Of a stretch of 64,000 bases of DNA, positions 55,878-64,000 are shown piece by piece. The stretch spans positions 2,528,001 to 2,592,000 of the forward strand of contig CAXXIA010000002.1 in the NCBI GenBank assembly GCA_963666985.2. The letters are read 5' to 3'. Made by a program: the position numbers and the translations under genes. This DNA is from Spirochaetia bacterium. Its GTDB lineage: Bacteria > Spirochaetota > Spirochaetia > DSM-2461. The notes below the pieces were generated by a model that was not told where the DNA came from, searched no databases, and saw only the letters and a list, made by a program, of their open reading frames with translations. Each line of letters starts with the position of its first letter. Within the stretch, counting starts at the first letter, position 1.

Positions 55878-57215
55878 TCAGCCGATCCGATATTTTTTCA
55901 TTTTATTGTAGAGTGTTTTTCGGCTTATATTCAGGGCCGCCGCGGTCATGGAGCGGTTGAATCGATGCCGCGCCAGGGTATCGACGATTTTCTTTTTTTC
56001 CTGCATGTCCGTATGAAGCGGGCGTTTTTCTTCCCCGATTTCTTCATCTTCTTCATCGAGTTCCTCCGCCGGGAAATCTTCGGGCAGAAGAACCGTCTTT
56101 TCCGGATAGAGCAGAATGACCGTTTCAACGGCATTTTTCAGCTCTCGAACGTTGCCTCGCCACATCCGTTCTCTCAAATCCCGCCGCGTTTCCGAGGCGA
56201 GAGCGGGGCAGGCTCTTCGGTAGAGCCCGCTGTAGTAGGAGAGAAAATATTCGGTCAGAGGCAGAATGTCTTCCCTTCGTTCCCGCAAAGGAGGCAGCCG
56301 AAGCCGAACGCCTTTCAGACGGTAGTAAAGATCCTCGCGGAACCGTCCTTCCTTAATCAGCCGATCCAAATCTCTGTTCGTTGAAGCGACAATCCGGGCC
56401 CGAAAGGAGACGGGCCGAATCCCGCCGATTCGTTCGAACTGCCTTTCTTCAATGGCCCGGAGAAGTTTGCTCTGCAGCCGATAATCCATATCGCCGATTT
56501 CGTCCAGAAAAAGGATTCCGTCGGCGGCGTGTTCGAATTTTCCCGGCTTTTGCCGGTCGGCGCCGGAAAACGCGCCTTTTTCGTAACCGAAAAGTTCGCT
56601 TTCGAGAAGATCCCGCGGAATCGCCGCACAGTTGATGCCGACAAACGGCCGATCGCGGCGGCGGCTTTTCAGGTGTATCTGCCTGGCCAGTATTTCCTTA
56701 CCGGTACCGCTTTCTCCGAGAAGAAGAATAGGAATTGAGGAATCCCGGATTTTATTGAGAACATTCATGATTTTTCTCATGGTCTCGCCGCTGTAAATCA
56801 GCGGTCGGCAGTCGGACTCTTCTTCCCGTACGGGTGTTTTTGTTCCCGCGGTGTTTCGATATGTATTTTCGGCAACGTGCAGAATGTCCTGCATTTCGAA
56901 AGGTTTCTGTACATAGTCGGCCGCGCCCAGCTTCATGGCTTTTACGGCGGTATCGACCGTCGCATAAGCCGTGATTACGACCGCTCGTGTTTTTTTCGTA
57001 TCGATTTTCTGTACAAGCTCAACACCGCTCATATCGGGGAGCCGGAGATCGATAAAGGCAAGAGGTACATCATTCTCGCCGATTATTCTCAAGGCCTCGG
57101 AAGCCGAACATGCCGTTGAAACATGAAATCCCGCGAGCGAAAGCGACAGGGAGAGCCCTTCGCGGATGCCTTCTTCGTCATCAACAACGAGAATATGGAA
57201 AGTCTTACGGTCCAT
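55878..57215 (-). CDS. Sigma54-dependent response regulator (NtrC/AtoC-like)
   Basis: REC domain; GESGTGKE, ESELFGYEKGAFSGA, GNVREL, Fis-type HTH. Confidence 0.95.
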   Translation of the reverse strand: MDRKTFHILVVDDEEGIREGLSLSLSLAGFHVSTACSASEALRIIGENDVPLAFIDLRLPDMSGVELVQKIDTKKTRAVVITAYATVDTAVKAMKLGAADYVQKPFEMQDILHVAENTYRNTAGTKTPVREEESDCRPLIYSGETMRKIMNVLNKIRDSSIPILLLGESGTGKEILARQIHLKSRRRDRPFVGINCAAIPRDLLESELFGYEKGAFSGADRQKPGKFEHAADGILFLDEIGDMDYRLQSKLLRAIEERQFERIGGIRPVSFRARIVASTNRDLDRLIKEGRFREDLYYRLKGVRLRLPPLRERREDILPLTEYFLSYYSGLYRRACPALASETRRDLRERMWRGNVRELKNAVETVILLYPEKTVLLPEDFPAEELDEEDEEIGEEKRPLHTDMQEKKKIVDTLARHRFNRSMTAAALNISRKTLYNKMKKYRIG

Positions 57216-59382
57216 CGTTCGCCTCGCTCGGCATGCGGAAGGTTACCGTTGTTCCGCCGCCTATAGTGCTTTCTATCGATATCGTTCCGTGCTGACGGCG
57301 TATTAATCGTTCCGATACGGCCAATCCCACGCCCGCGCCTTTTCCCCGCTTCTCGGAATAAAACGGTTCGAAAGCTTTGGCTTGAGTTTCTTGTGTCATT
57401 CCGGTTCCGTTGTCGCGGATATCGACGGCGACGTATCCTTCTTCGCATCGTATGGTAATTTCGATAAACCCCTCTGTTCCGTCGATGGAATCGATGGAGT
57501 TGTTCAGGAGATTGTAAAAAACCTGCATCAGGGCGTCGCGATTTCCGCGGATGCGGCTTGCCTGTTCCGGGGCGAGTCGGATCAGACCGTATCGGATTTC
57601 CTTGCGCTGGAATTTTAAATCGAACAGATCGAGAGCCGTCCGGGCCAGTTCTCCCAAATCGAGCGGTTCCAGGGAGAGTTCCTCGGATACGGCTCCTCCC
57701 AGAAGATTCTTCAGGAGTTTATTAACGCGGTGTATTTCCGACTCCATTCGATCCAGAAAAGTCTTTTGCTGCTCTTCGCTGAGCCGTCCGGTCTGAAGAA
57801 GCTGAACATGGTTCAATATGATGCCCATCGGATTGTTGACTTCGTGCGCGATGTCCGCAGCGAACCGTCCCATCGTCGCCAGCGCCTCCGATCGGACCAA
57901 GGCCGTTTCCAAGGAGAGCCGTTCGGTTATGTCGATAAGAACTAAAATTGTATCGACGGGAGAATCATCCATTGGAAAAATGTCGAGCGAATAGGTTTTG
58001 CCGTTCCATTCGACGGCGGGACTTTCCGTCGGACCGCTTTCCGTCCGTGCGCGGCGGAGTGCCGACTCCACCTGTTCGCGTTTGTCGCCGAATAGGGGCA
58101 GGCTGTAAATGTCGCGCCCCGCCGGTTCGTCCGGCACGTCCAGCTCGATTCTGCCGCCGGCGTTCATCAGGAGAATCGTCCGGTTCGCATCGATAACGAT
58201 TGTAACGATCTGCAGACTGTGGAAAACCGCGTCAATATAGGAATTCATCAGAGTCAGCTGCTCGTTGCGGCTTTCGAGGCGGCTGCGATTCCGTTCAAGA
58301 GTTTCCATCATTTCGTTGAAGTTCTGATACAGTCCGCTGACTTCGTCTTTTCTTTTTGGGAGTATGAGCCGTGCGCCGAAGTCTCCGCGCCTGACGGCTT
58401 CGGTTCCGTTGAACAAGGTTACGATCGATCGGACCAGGGTGGTGCCCGTCCAAATATAGAATCCGACGGGGATGAGGAGACAGAAGAGGCTTAAAAGGAA
58501 CAGTCTTCCGACAATCCCGCCGCTTTCGCCCCAGAATGAGACTCGATTTGAGCCGACATAAAGAGCTCCTATGTCCCCGTTCTCGTCCGTAAGCCGAACA
58601 CGAAGGAAACGGTACTTCTGTCCGTTCATTTGAACGGAAAAGAAACCGTCCTCATCGGCGGTCTCGTCCGTCGCGATGGTATTGATGAGTTCCGGAACCG
58701 AAAAAAAGGAGAATCCGCCGGCGAGACGAATCCCCAGTTCGGCGTCGTACTGGCGGGCCAGACGCGTAATCATGGCCTCGTCGATGTGCATCTGCAGCAA
58801 GAAAAGCCCGACGATTTTACCCTTGGAAAAAACGGGATACAGGTGGTTCATGGAAAGCCCGAACCGTTCTTGAGTATATTGAGCCTTGCCGAATCGTGAA
58901 CCGGTTTCGTTTCGAAAAAGCGTTTCCGGAACGCCTGTTACATTGCCGAAGGAAAGGATTCTGATGAAACGCGAACCGTCGGAGCGGTAAATGGCCGTTG
59001 CGTCGATACGGCTTCCCACCAGATAGCTTTCCACGGTTGCCCGCAGTGTGGCGACATCATATTGCAGCGTGCTTGATGAAATAAGGTCCCAGTATTTGCT
59101 GTAAATATAAAGTTTATCGATCACATAAGGCCGTTCCGTCATTTCACGTGCTTTGGAGAGAACGTCTTCTTCCAAATTGCCGATGTCGTTCAGAATCCGT
59201 TCGGAAATCGAAACCAGCCGTTCCCGTTGGGACGAGGCCGTTTCCGACGAAAGAAACACGGCGGCCGCGGCCGCTATAATAAACGCCGGAGCCAGAAGCG
59301 AGGCTATTGAAAAGGAAATCAGTTCACGTTTGAGCTGCATCGGTAGCGACAGTATAGACGAGGTTCGGACGGTACGCGACAA
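57205..59382 (-). CDS. Sensor histidine kinase (HAMP, PAS, HisKA, HATPase)
   Basis: AHEVNNP, QVFYNLLNNS, DNGTG, GAGVGL; start uncertain. Confidence 0.92.
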   Translation of the reverse strand: MSRTVRTSSILSLPMQLKRELISFSIASLLAPAFIIAAAAAVFLSSETASSQRERLVSISERILNDIGNLEEDVLSKAREMTERPYVIDKLYIYSKYWDLISSSTLQYDVATLRATVESYLVGSRIDATAIYRSDGSRFIRILSFGNVTGVPETLFRNETGSRFGKAQYTQERFGLSMNHLYPVFSKGKIVGLFLLQMHIDEAMITRLARQYDAELGIRLAGGFSFFSVPELINTIATDETADEDGFFSVQMNGQKYRFLRVRLTDENGDIGALYVGSNRVSFWGESGGIVGRLFLLSLFCLLIPVGFYIWTGTTLVRSIVTLFNGTEAVRRGDFGARLILPKRKDEVSGLYQNFNEMMETLERNRSRLESRNEQLTLMNSYIDAVFHSLQIVTIVIDANRTILLMNAGGRIELDVPDEPAGRDIYSLPLFGDKREQVESALRRARTESGPTESPAVEWNGKTYSLDIFPMDDSPVDTILVLIDITERLSLETALVRSEALATMGRFAADIAHEVNNPMGIILNHVQLLQTGRLSEEQQKTFLDRMESEIHRVNKLLKNLLGGAVSEELSLEPLDLGELARTALDLFDLKFQRKEIRYGLIRLAPEQASRIRGNRDALMQVFYNLLNNSIDSIDGTEGFIEITIRCEEGYVAVDIRDNGTGMTQETQAKAFEPFYSEKRGKGAGVGLAVSERLIRRQHGTISIESTIGGGTTVTFRMPSEANDGP

Positions 59383-59637
59383 TTGGATTGAATAATGATC
59401 CGCGGAAGAATTATACTCGGCGGCTCCGATGTGATTTCATGAACAAAGAGGCTCTTTTCATCATATTTGAATGTCCTTTCGCCGGAATTTAAGGGAATCT
59501 CTCGAAGAGGAGCGGGACGATAAAAGGCTTGTTTACCCGAAAGCTTCGATGAAGTAACATGGCGTGGAAGCTTTTTAGCCCATGGAGGATCGTGTTCGAA
59601 TCCCCGGAAAATTGATCTGGTACTTCGGATTGAACAT

Positions 59638-60456
59638 ATGAAAGTTGGAATAGACATCGGCGGATCGACCACCGACATCGCCGGATTCGAGAACGGACGG
59701 CTGATTTCCTGTCTTACGGTGAAAGCCAGCGATCCGATTTCTTCCGCCGCCGGCGCTTTGGGACGCTACCTGGTTGAAACAAAACGAAATCTCGGCGACA
59801 TCAACACGCTGGCCGTCACCGGTGTTGGTGCCGGTGCCATCAGCGACGAGCTTTTGGGCATCAGCGTATCCCGGGTGGATGAGTTCCGGGCTATAGGCCG
59901 GGGAGGGGTTTATCTTTCCGGGGTGAAGAGCGCGGTTGTCGCGAGCCTGGGGACCGGAACGGCTTTCGTGGAAGTTGACGGCGATAAGATTTCGCATTGG
60001 GGCGGATCGGGCGTCGGGGGCGGAACCCTGATCGGCCTTTCCAAAGCTCTCTTCGGCGTTTCCGATATCGAACTCATTGCCAAAAAGGCCGCGGCCGGCA
60101 GAATCGAGAAGGTTGATTTAAGTGTGGGAGACATCGCCACGCAGGAAATCCCCGGTCTTCTTCCGGACACGACGGCGTCGAACTTCGCCAAACTTTCCGA
60201 AGACGCCACGGATGACGACTTGGCCATGGCCGTTGTAAATCTGGTTTGTCAAACCGTGGGGATGATCGCCAAAGGCGCCGCGGGAGAAACCGGTCATAAA
60301 ATCGTTGTGCTTGTTGGAAAACTGGCCGCTTTTCCCGCCGCGGCCGGTGTTTTCCGGAAGCTTGGCGAACTCTACGATATTGAATACCGTATTGCTCCGA
60401 ATGCCTCCTTCGCCACCGCCGTTGGGGCCGCTGTGGAAGCCGGCGGATTGGGTTAG
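59638..60456 (+). CDS. Type II pantothenate kinase-like protein
   Basis: GIDIGGSTT, TGVG, DEF, SLGTGT, GGSGVGGGTLIGL, TASNFAK. Confidence 0.85.
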   Translation: MKVGIDIGGSTTDIAGFENGRLISCLTVKASDPISSAAGALGRYLVETKRNLGDINTLAVTGVGAGAISDELLGISVSRVDEFRAIGRGGVYLSGVKSAVVASLGTGTAFVEVDGDKISHWGGSGVGGGTLIGLSKALFGVSDIELIAKKAAAGRIEKVDLSVGDIATQEIPGLLPDTTASNFAKLSEDATDDDLAMAVVNLVCQTVGMIAKGAAGETGHKIVVLVGKLAAFPAAAGVFRKLGELYDIEYRIAPNASFATAVGAAVEAGGLG

Positions 60457-62273
60457 ACCGGTTGTTTCGTCAGTTCTCGGAAGCGTTGAACAAGTCCGGC
60501 GAAGCCGTTTAAAGCGGAGTCGACCGCCTCGGGTGTGGCCATATCCACGCCCGCGAGTTTCAGCGATTCGATCGGGTATCGGGATCCTCCGGATTTCAGA
60601 AAGTTCAGATAGTCCTCTCTTTCGGAATCTCCGCCTTCCAGGACGCGCTTTGAAAGTGTCATGGCCGCCGAAAGGCCGGTGGCGTATTTGTAAACGTAGA
60701 AGGCACGGTAGAAATGGGGGATGCGGAGTCCTTCCAGATCGCTTGTCTCTTCAAAGTGCATGGCCTCTCCGAGGTAGGCGGTTAGAAGTTCCCTGTATTT
60801 CATCCGGAGACTCTCCAGGGTTAACGGCTCGCCGGCTTCGGCCATTGCGTGCGTATCGCGTTCGAATTCGGCGAACATGGTCTGTCTGTAGATGGTGGCG
60901 ATAACATCGTCGATCTGCTTTCCCACCAGATACGCTTCGATTGCCGGATTATCGCTCTCGGAGATGAGCTTATGAGCCAGGAGCTGTTCGTTGAACGTAG
61001 AGGCCACTTCGGCTTCGAAAATGGTGTAATTGTAGTGCGGAAAGGGATTATTGCGGACGCTGTACCAGGAATGCATGGAGTGTCCGCCTTCATGGGCCAT
61101 GGTGAACACATCCCGGAGCACGTTTTCTTTGAAGTTCATCAGGATATAGGGCTCTCCGGTGTAGCTTCCTGCGCTGAAAGCGCCCGAGCGTTTGCCCTTA
61201 TTTTCATAACGGTCCGCCCAGCGGCCGGCAAGCCCTTTTCGAATGGTATCGACGTATTCGGTGCCCAGAGGGGCGAGGGCCCGGCAGACCACATCGACCG
61301 CTTCATCCCATGTATGACGGACGTCGGCTACGTTTACCAGGGAGACGTAAACATCCCAGGGCCGAAGGTCTCCGGCCGCTCCGAGCCGCTCGGAGCGGAG
61401 TTTGTAGTAATCGTGGAGGGCGGGAAGGTTGCGCCTGACCGAAGCGACCAGGTTGTCGTAAACCTCCACGGGCACTTTATCCGGGAAGAGGGCCTTTGCC
61501 CGTGCGGAAGAATATCCCCGGATGTCCGCCAGGTATTTATCGCGCAGAACGCTGCCCGTATAGAGCTCGGCCAGGGTGTGCTTATGGGCATCAAAGATTC
61601 CGTAGAATTTCTTGTAGGCTTCTTCCCGAACATTTCGGTCCTTATTGAGGAGCAGGGAGGAGTAGGTGCTCTGGGTGAGAGGAACCTCTCCCTCGGCGGT
61701 TTTCACCGTTCCGAATTCCATATCCACGTTGGTCAGGGCGTTGAATGCCTTGCTTGGGGTTTGGGTTGATTCCATCTGTTTGGCCAGAAGTTTTTCCTCG
61801 GCCTGACTGAGCACGTGGGGCTTGAAGCGGAGCATCTTGGAAAGATAGATGCGGTAGGGCTTCAGCAGATCATCCGCAAGAAAGCCCTTCATCATCTCAT
61901 CGTCGATAGCCAGGATTTCCGGTTCCATCCAGCTGGAGGCGGCGGCGAGTTTGGTTGCGATATTCACGTACCTGCCGTTGAGCGCCTGAACTTTTGAGTC
62001 TCCGATGTTTTCGGACTGGCGAAGCATAACATAGTAACCGAGGCGTTCTTCCAGAAGCTCCAGTTCCATAACGGTGTAGTTCAGGGCCTGCACCAGGGTT
62101 TGCGCCGATTCTCCGAGTTTTCCCCGAAAGCTTTCGATTTTCGGGATTCCCTTTTCCAATTCGGCAAGAGCGTTCTCCCAGGCTTTTTCGTCTGCGAAGA
62201 GGTTTGTGAGGTTCCAGGTGTCCGATATTTTGACGTCTTTTCGTTCGGGAATCGATTTCGTTTTATCGCTCAT
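60453..62273 (-). CDS. pepF: Oligoendopeptidase F
   Basis: GKRSGAFS, PYILMN, TMAHEGGHSMH, AEVAST, RIPHFY..FYVYKYATG. Confidence 0.95.
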   Translation of the reverse strand: MSDKTKSIPERKDVKISDTWNLTNLFADEKAWENALAELEKGIPKIESFRGKLGESAQTLVQALNYTVMELELLEERLGYYVMLRQSENIGDSKVQALNGRYVNIATKLAAASSWMEPEILAIDDEMMKGFLADDLLKPYRIYLSKMLRFKPHVLSQAEEKLLAKQMESTQTPSKAFNALTNVDMEFGTVKTAEGEVPLTQSTYSSLLLNKDRNVREEAYKKFYGIFDAHKHTLAELYTGSVLRDKYLADIRGYSSARAKALFPDKVPVEVYDNLVASVRRNLPALHDYYKLRSERLGAAGDLRPWDVYVSLVNVADVRHTWDEAVDVVCRALAPLGTEYVDTIRKGLAGRWADRYENKGKRSGAFSAGSYTGEPYILMNFKENVLRDVFTMAHEGGHSMHSWYSVRNNPFPHYNYTIFEAEVASTFNEQLLAHKLISESDNPAIEAYLVGKQIDDVIATIYRQTMFAEFERDTHAMAEAGEPLTLESLRMKYRELLTAYLGEAMHFEETSDLEGLRIPHFYRAFYVYKYATGLSAAMTLSKRVLEGGDSEREDYLNFLKSGGSRYPIESLKLAGVDMATPEAVDSALNGFAGLVQRFRELTKQPV

Positions 62274-62342
62274 TGTTCGGTCCTTTGTTTTACGTTCGGC
62301 GAAGCGTATTCGCGGTCAGGCTTTGATTTCAACGCTTCTAAG

Positions 62343-62428
62343 ATAACGTCCGCTTGCGCGAGGGGGCAAGCCGGCCGTTGGTTCTTACGGGAATATGGCT
62401 TTCATAACGTCCGCTTGCGCGAGGGGGC
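62343..62428 (+). repeat. 25-bp direct repeat pair
   Basis: ATAACGTCCGCTTGCGCGAGGGGGC at 62343-62367 and 62404-62428. Confidence 0.85.
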
Positions 62429-62600
62429 CGCTAAGGGCGGAGCTGCAAGAGACGGAACCGATCCGAGACCGATCGACCGGCCGTTCCGCTCCGGGGTGAA
62501 ATGAACGATTTGTTTATCCGCGTTCCGTCCGTGTTCATGGTTTCGTTAACCGATTCGGCCGTAGATTCCGGTTAACGTCAACAAAGAATTGAGGTGCACG

Positions 62601-63566
62601 ATGAAGAATAAGAATTATAGAAAAAACAGCGGGAACACCATCCCTCGTAAATACTTCGTTTCCGCAGCGGCCGCGGCCGCATTAACACTGCTCTCCTTTT
62701 CATGCTCACCGAAGGGGGCCTTGATGCGCGTCGAGGCCTCCGAGGTGGGCTTTTCTTCCGAGACCGGGTCCGAACACGAGGAGGTGAAAACCGTTGTTCG
62801 TGTCGCCCGGATCGAACGGAGCGATTTGGAAAATCGCATCAAACTCAGCGGCGAGGTATACGCCACGGGGCGAGTGAATGTGATGCCGGATGTCGGCGGA
62901 CTTTTAACGAAAATCCTCGTATCTCCCGGCGACAGTGTTTCCTATAACCAGATAGTGGCCTACGTGGACTCGTCCCGTCCCGGAGTGTCGTATGCGGCCA
63001 GTCCGGTCCGCAGCAAAGTCTCCGGCACCATAACGGCCGTGCCCGCCGTCGCGGGAAATCAAGTTTCGGTTCAATCGGTTATCGCCGTGGTGGGCAATCT
63101 GGATCGGCTGGAAGTGGAAACAAGAGTTCCCGAGACGTATCTGTCGTATCTGCGTCCCGGCATGAAGGGCCGCGTTACCTCGCGCTCTTATCCCGATTCG
63201 CCTCAAGAGGCGACGGTCACCGAACTTTCTCCTGTTGTCGACGCCCGTTCCCGCACCGTTCTGGTAACTCTGGTGCCCGAATCGCACAGCATCCTTCGTC
63301 CCGGACAGGCCGTTACCGTGGATTTGGTCCTGGAAAATCATGAGAACGCCGTATCGGTGCCTTCTTCCTCGCTGACCGAACGCAGCGGCGGTCAAGGTGT
63401 TTTCGTCGTTGAAAACGGCAAGGCCTCCTGGCGCGGCGTCGGTGTCGGAACGAAAATCGACGGCGTTGTTGAAGTAACCTCCGGTCTGAGCGGCGGTGAA
63501 GACGTGGTTGTCGCGGGAATCGAAGAACTTTCGGACGGCGATCTCGTCCGGATTGTCGAAGGCTGA
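62601..63566 (+). CDS. RND efflux periplasmic adaptor (MFP)
   Basis: Lipoprotein-like N-terminus; SPVVDARSRT, LRPG, VTSGLSGGEDVV. Confidence 0.88.
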   Translation: MKNKNYRKNSGNTIPRKYFVSAAAAAALTLLSFSCSPKGALMRVEASEVGFSSETGSEHEEVKTVVRVARIERSDLENRIKLSGEVYATGRVNVMPDVGGLLTKILVSPGDSVSYNQIVAYVDSSRPGVSYAASPVRSKVSGTITAVPAVAGNQVSVQSVIAVVGNLDRLEVETRVPETYLSYLRPGMKGRVTSRSYPDSPQEATVTELSPVVDARSRTVLVTLVPESHSILRPGQAVTVDLVLENHENAVSVPSSSLTERSGGQGVFVVENGKASWRGVGVGTKIDGVVEVTSGLSGGEDVVVAGIEELSDGDLVRIVEG

Positions 63567-63592
63567 AAAGCCGGCCGAAGGAAAAACACACT

Positions 63593-64000
63593 ATGCTGAA
63601 AACGATATTAAACAGACCGGTGGCCGTGGTTACGGTATTCACGGTTATAGTCATCGTATCCCTGATAATGGCTTTGGGAATCCCTTTGGACATGTATCCC
63701 AATACCGATGTTCCCATCCTTGCGGTGGTGGTAACCTATCCGGGCGCGGGCCCGGAAGAGGTGGAGGAAGAAATCGCATTGTCCCTTGAGGGCGAAATGT
63801 CCGGACTGGAAGGACTGGACACCATGACGACGTATTCTTATGAGAATTACGCCCTGGTGCTCCTGGAATTTAAGTTCGGTTCCGATATGACCGAACTTCA
63901 GGCCGACGTTCGTTCCCGAATCGACCGCGTAAAAGCGGACCTGCCCGATCAGGCCGAGGAACCCCAGCTTTATAAGTACGACCCGTCGTCCATGCCCATC
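63593..64000 (+). CDS. RND efflux permease (AcrB-like), 3'-truncated by window edge
   Basis: RPVAV, DMYP..D.P, YPGAGPEEVE, LPDQAEEP; missing from the ORF track because it has no stop in the window. Confidence 0.9.
   Translation, partial: MLKTILNRPVAVVTVFTVIVIVSLIMALGIPLDMYPNTDVPILAVVVTYPGAGPEEVEEEIALSLEGEMSGLEGLDTMTTYSYENYALVLLEFKFGSDMTELQADVRSRIDRVKADLPDQAEEPQLYKYDPSSMPI

Noticed and set aside
62343..62428. CRISPR array
   Set aside because: Only two repeats; no third copy at the 61-bp period on either side; no cas genes.

Overview
Chromosomal region of a probable spirochaete (inferred from the 'FAGG' N-termini of the sugar-binding proteins). Host DNA at both ends carries sugar ABC transporters, a DeoR-regulated LsrF/FGGY-kinase catabolic cluster, a sigma54 two-component system, a type II pantothenate kinase, pepF and the start of an RND efflux operon. 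The middle is a complete Mu-like (transposable) contractile-tail prophage at 13203-48553 (35,351 bp), with TGTA...TACA ends and a 5-bp target duplication (AATCT). It splits a ROK-family gene, and it carries an IS21-family element (29519-31715) that in turn splits a small phage gene. The prophage has a central repressor/ner switch, and terminase, portal and MuF sit on the opposite strand and arm from the capsid and tail genes. The most interesting unexplained signals are: (i) a MuF protein with a nuclease-like C-terminal extension, followed by a compact multi-stem RNA-like element instead of an immunity gene; (ii) three palindromes with compensatory changes embedded in frame in the repressor gene; (iii) a low-GC NdpA/YejK plus membrane-protein cassette, a candidate defence moron; (iv) a 28-bp motif with fixed geometry before all three late operons, implying leaderless late mRNAs; and (v) a three-way-junction structure upstream of the DNA adenine methyltransferase. 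All family assignments come from motif recognition by eye; no database searches were run.
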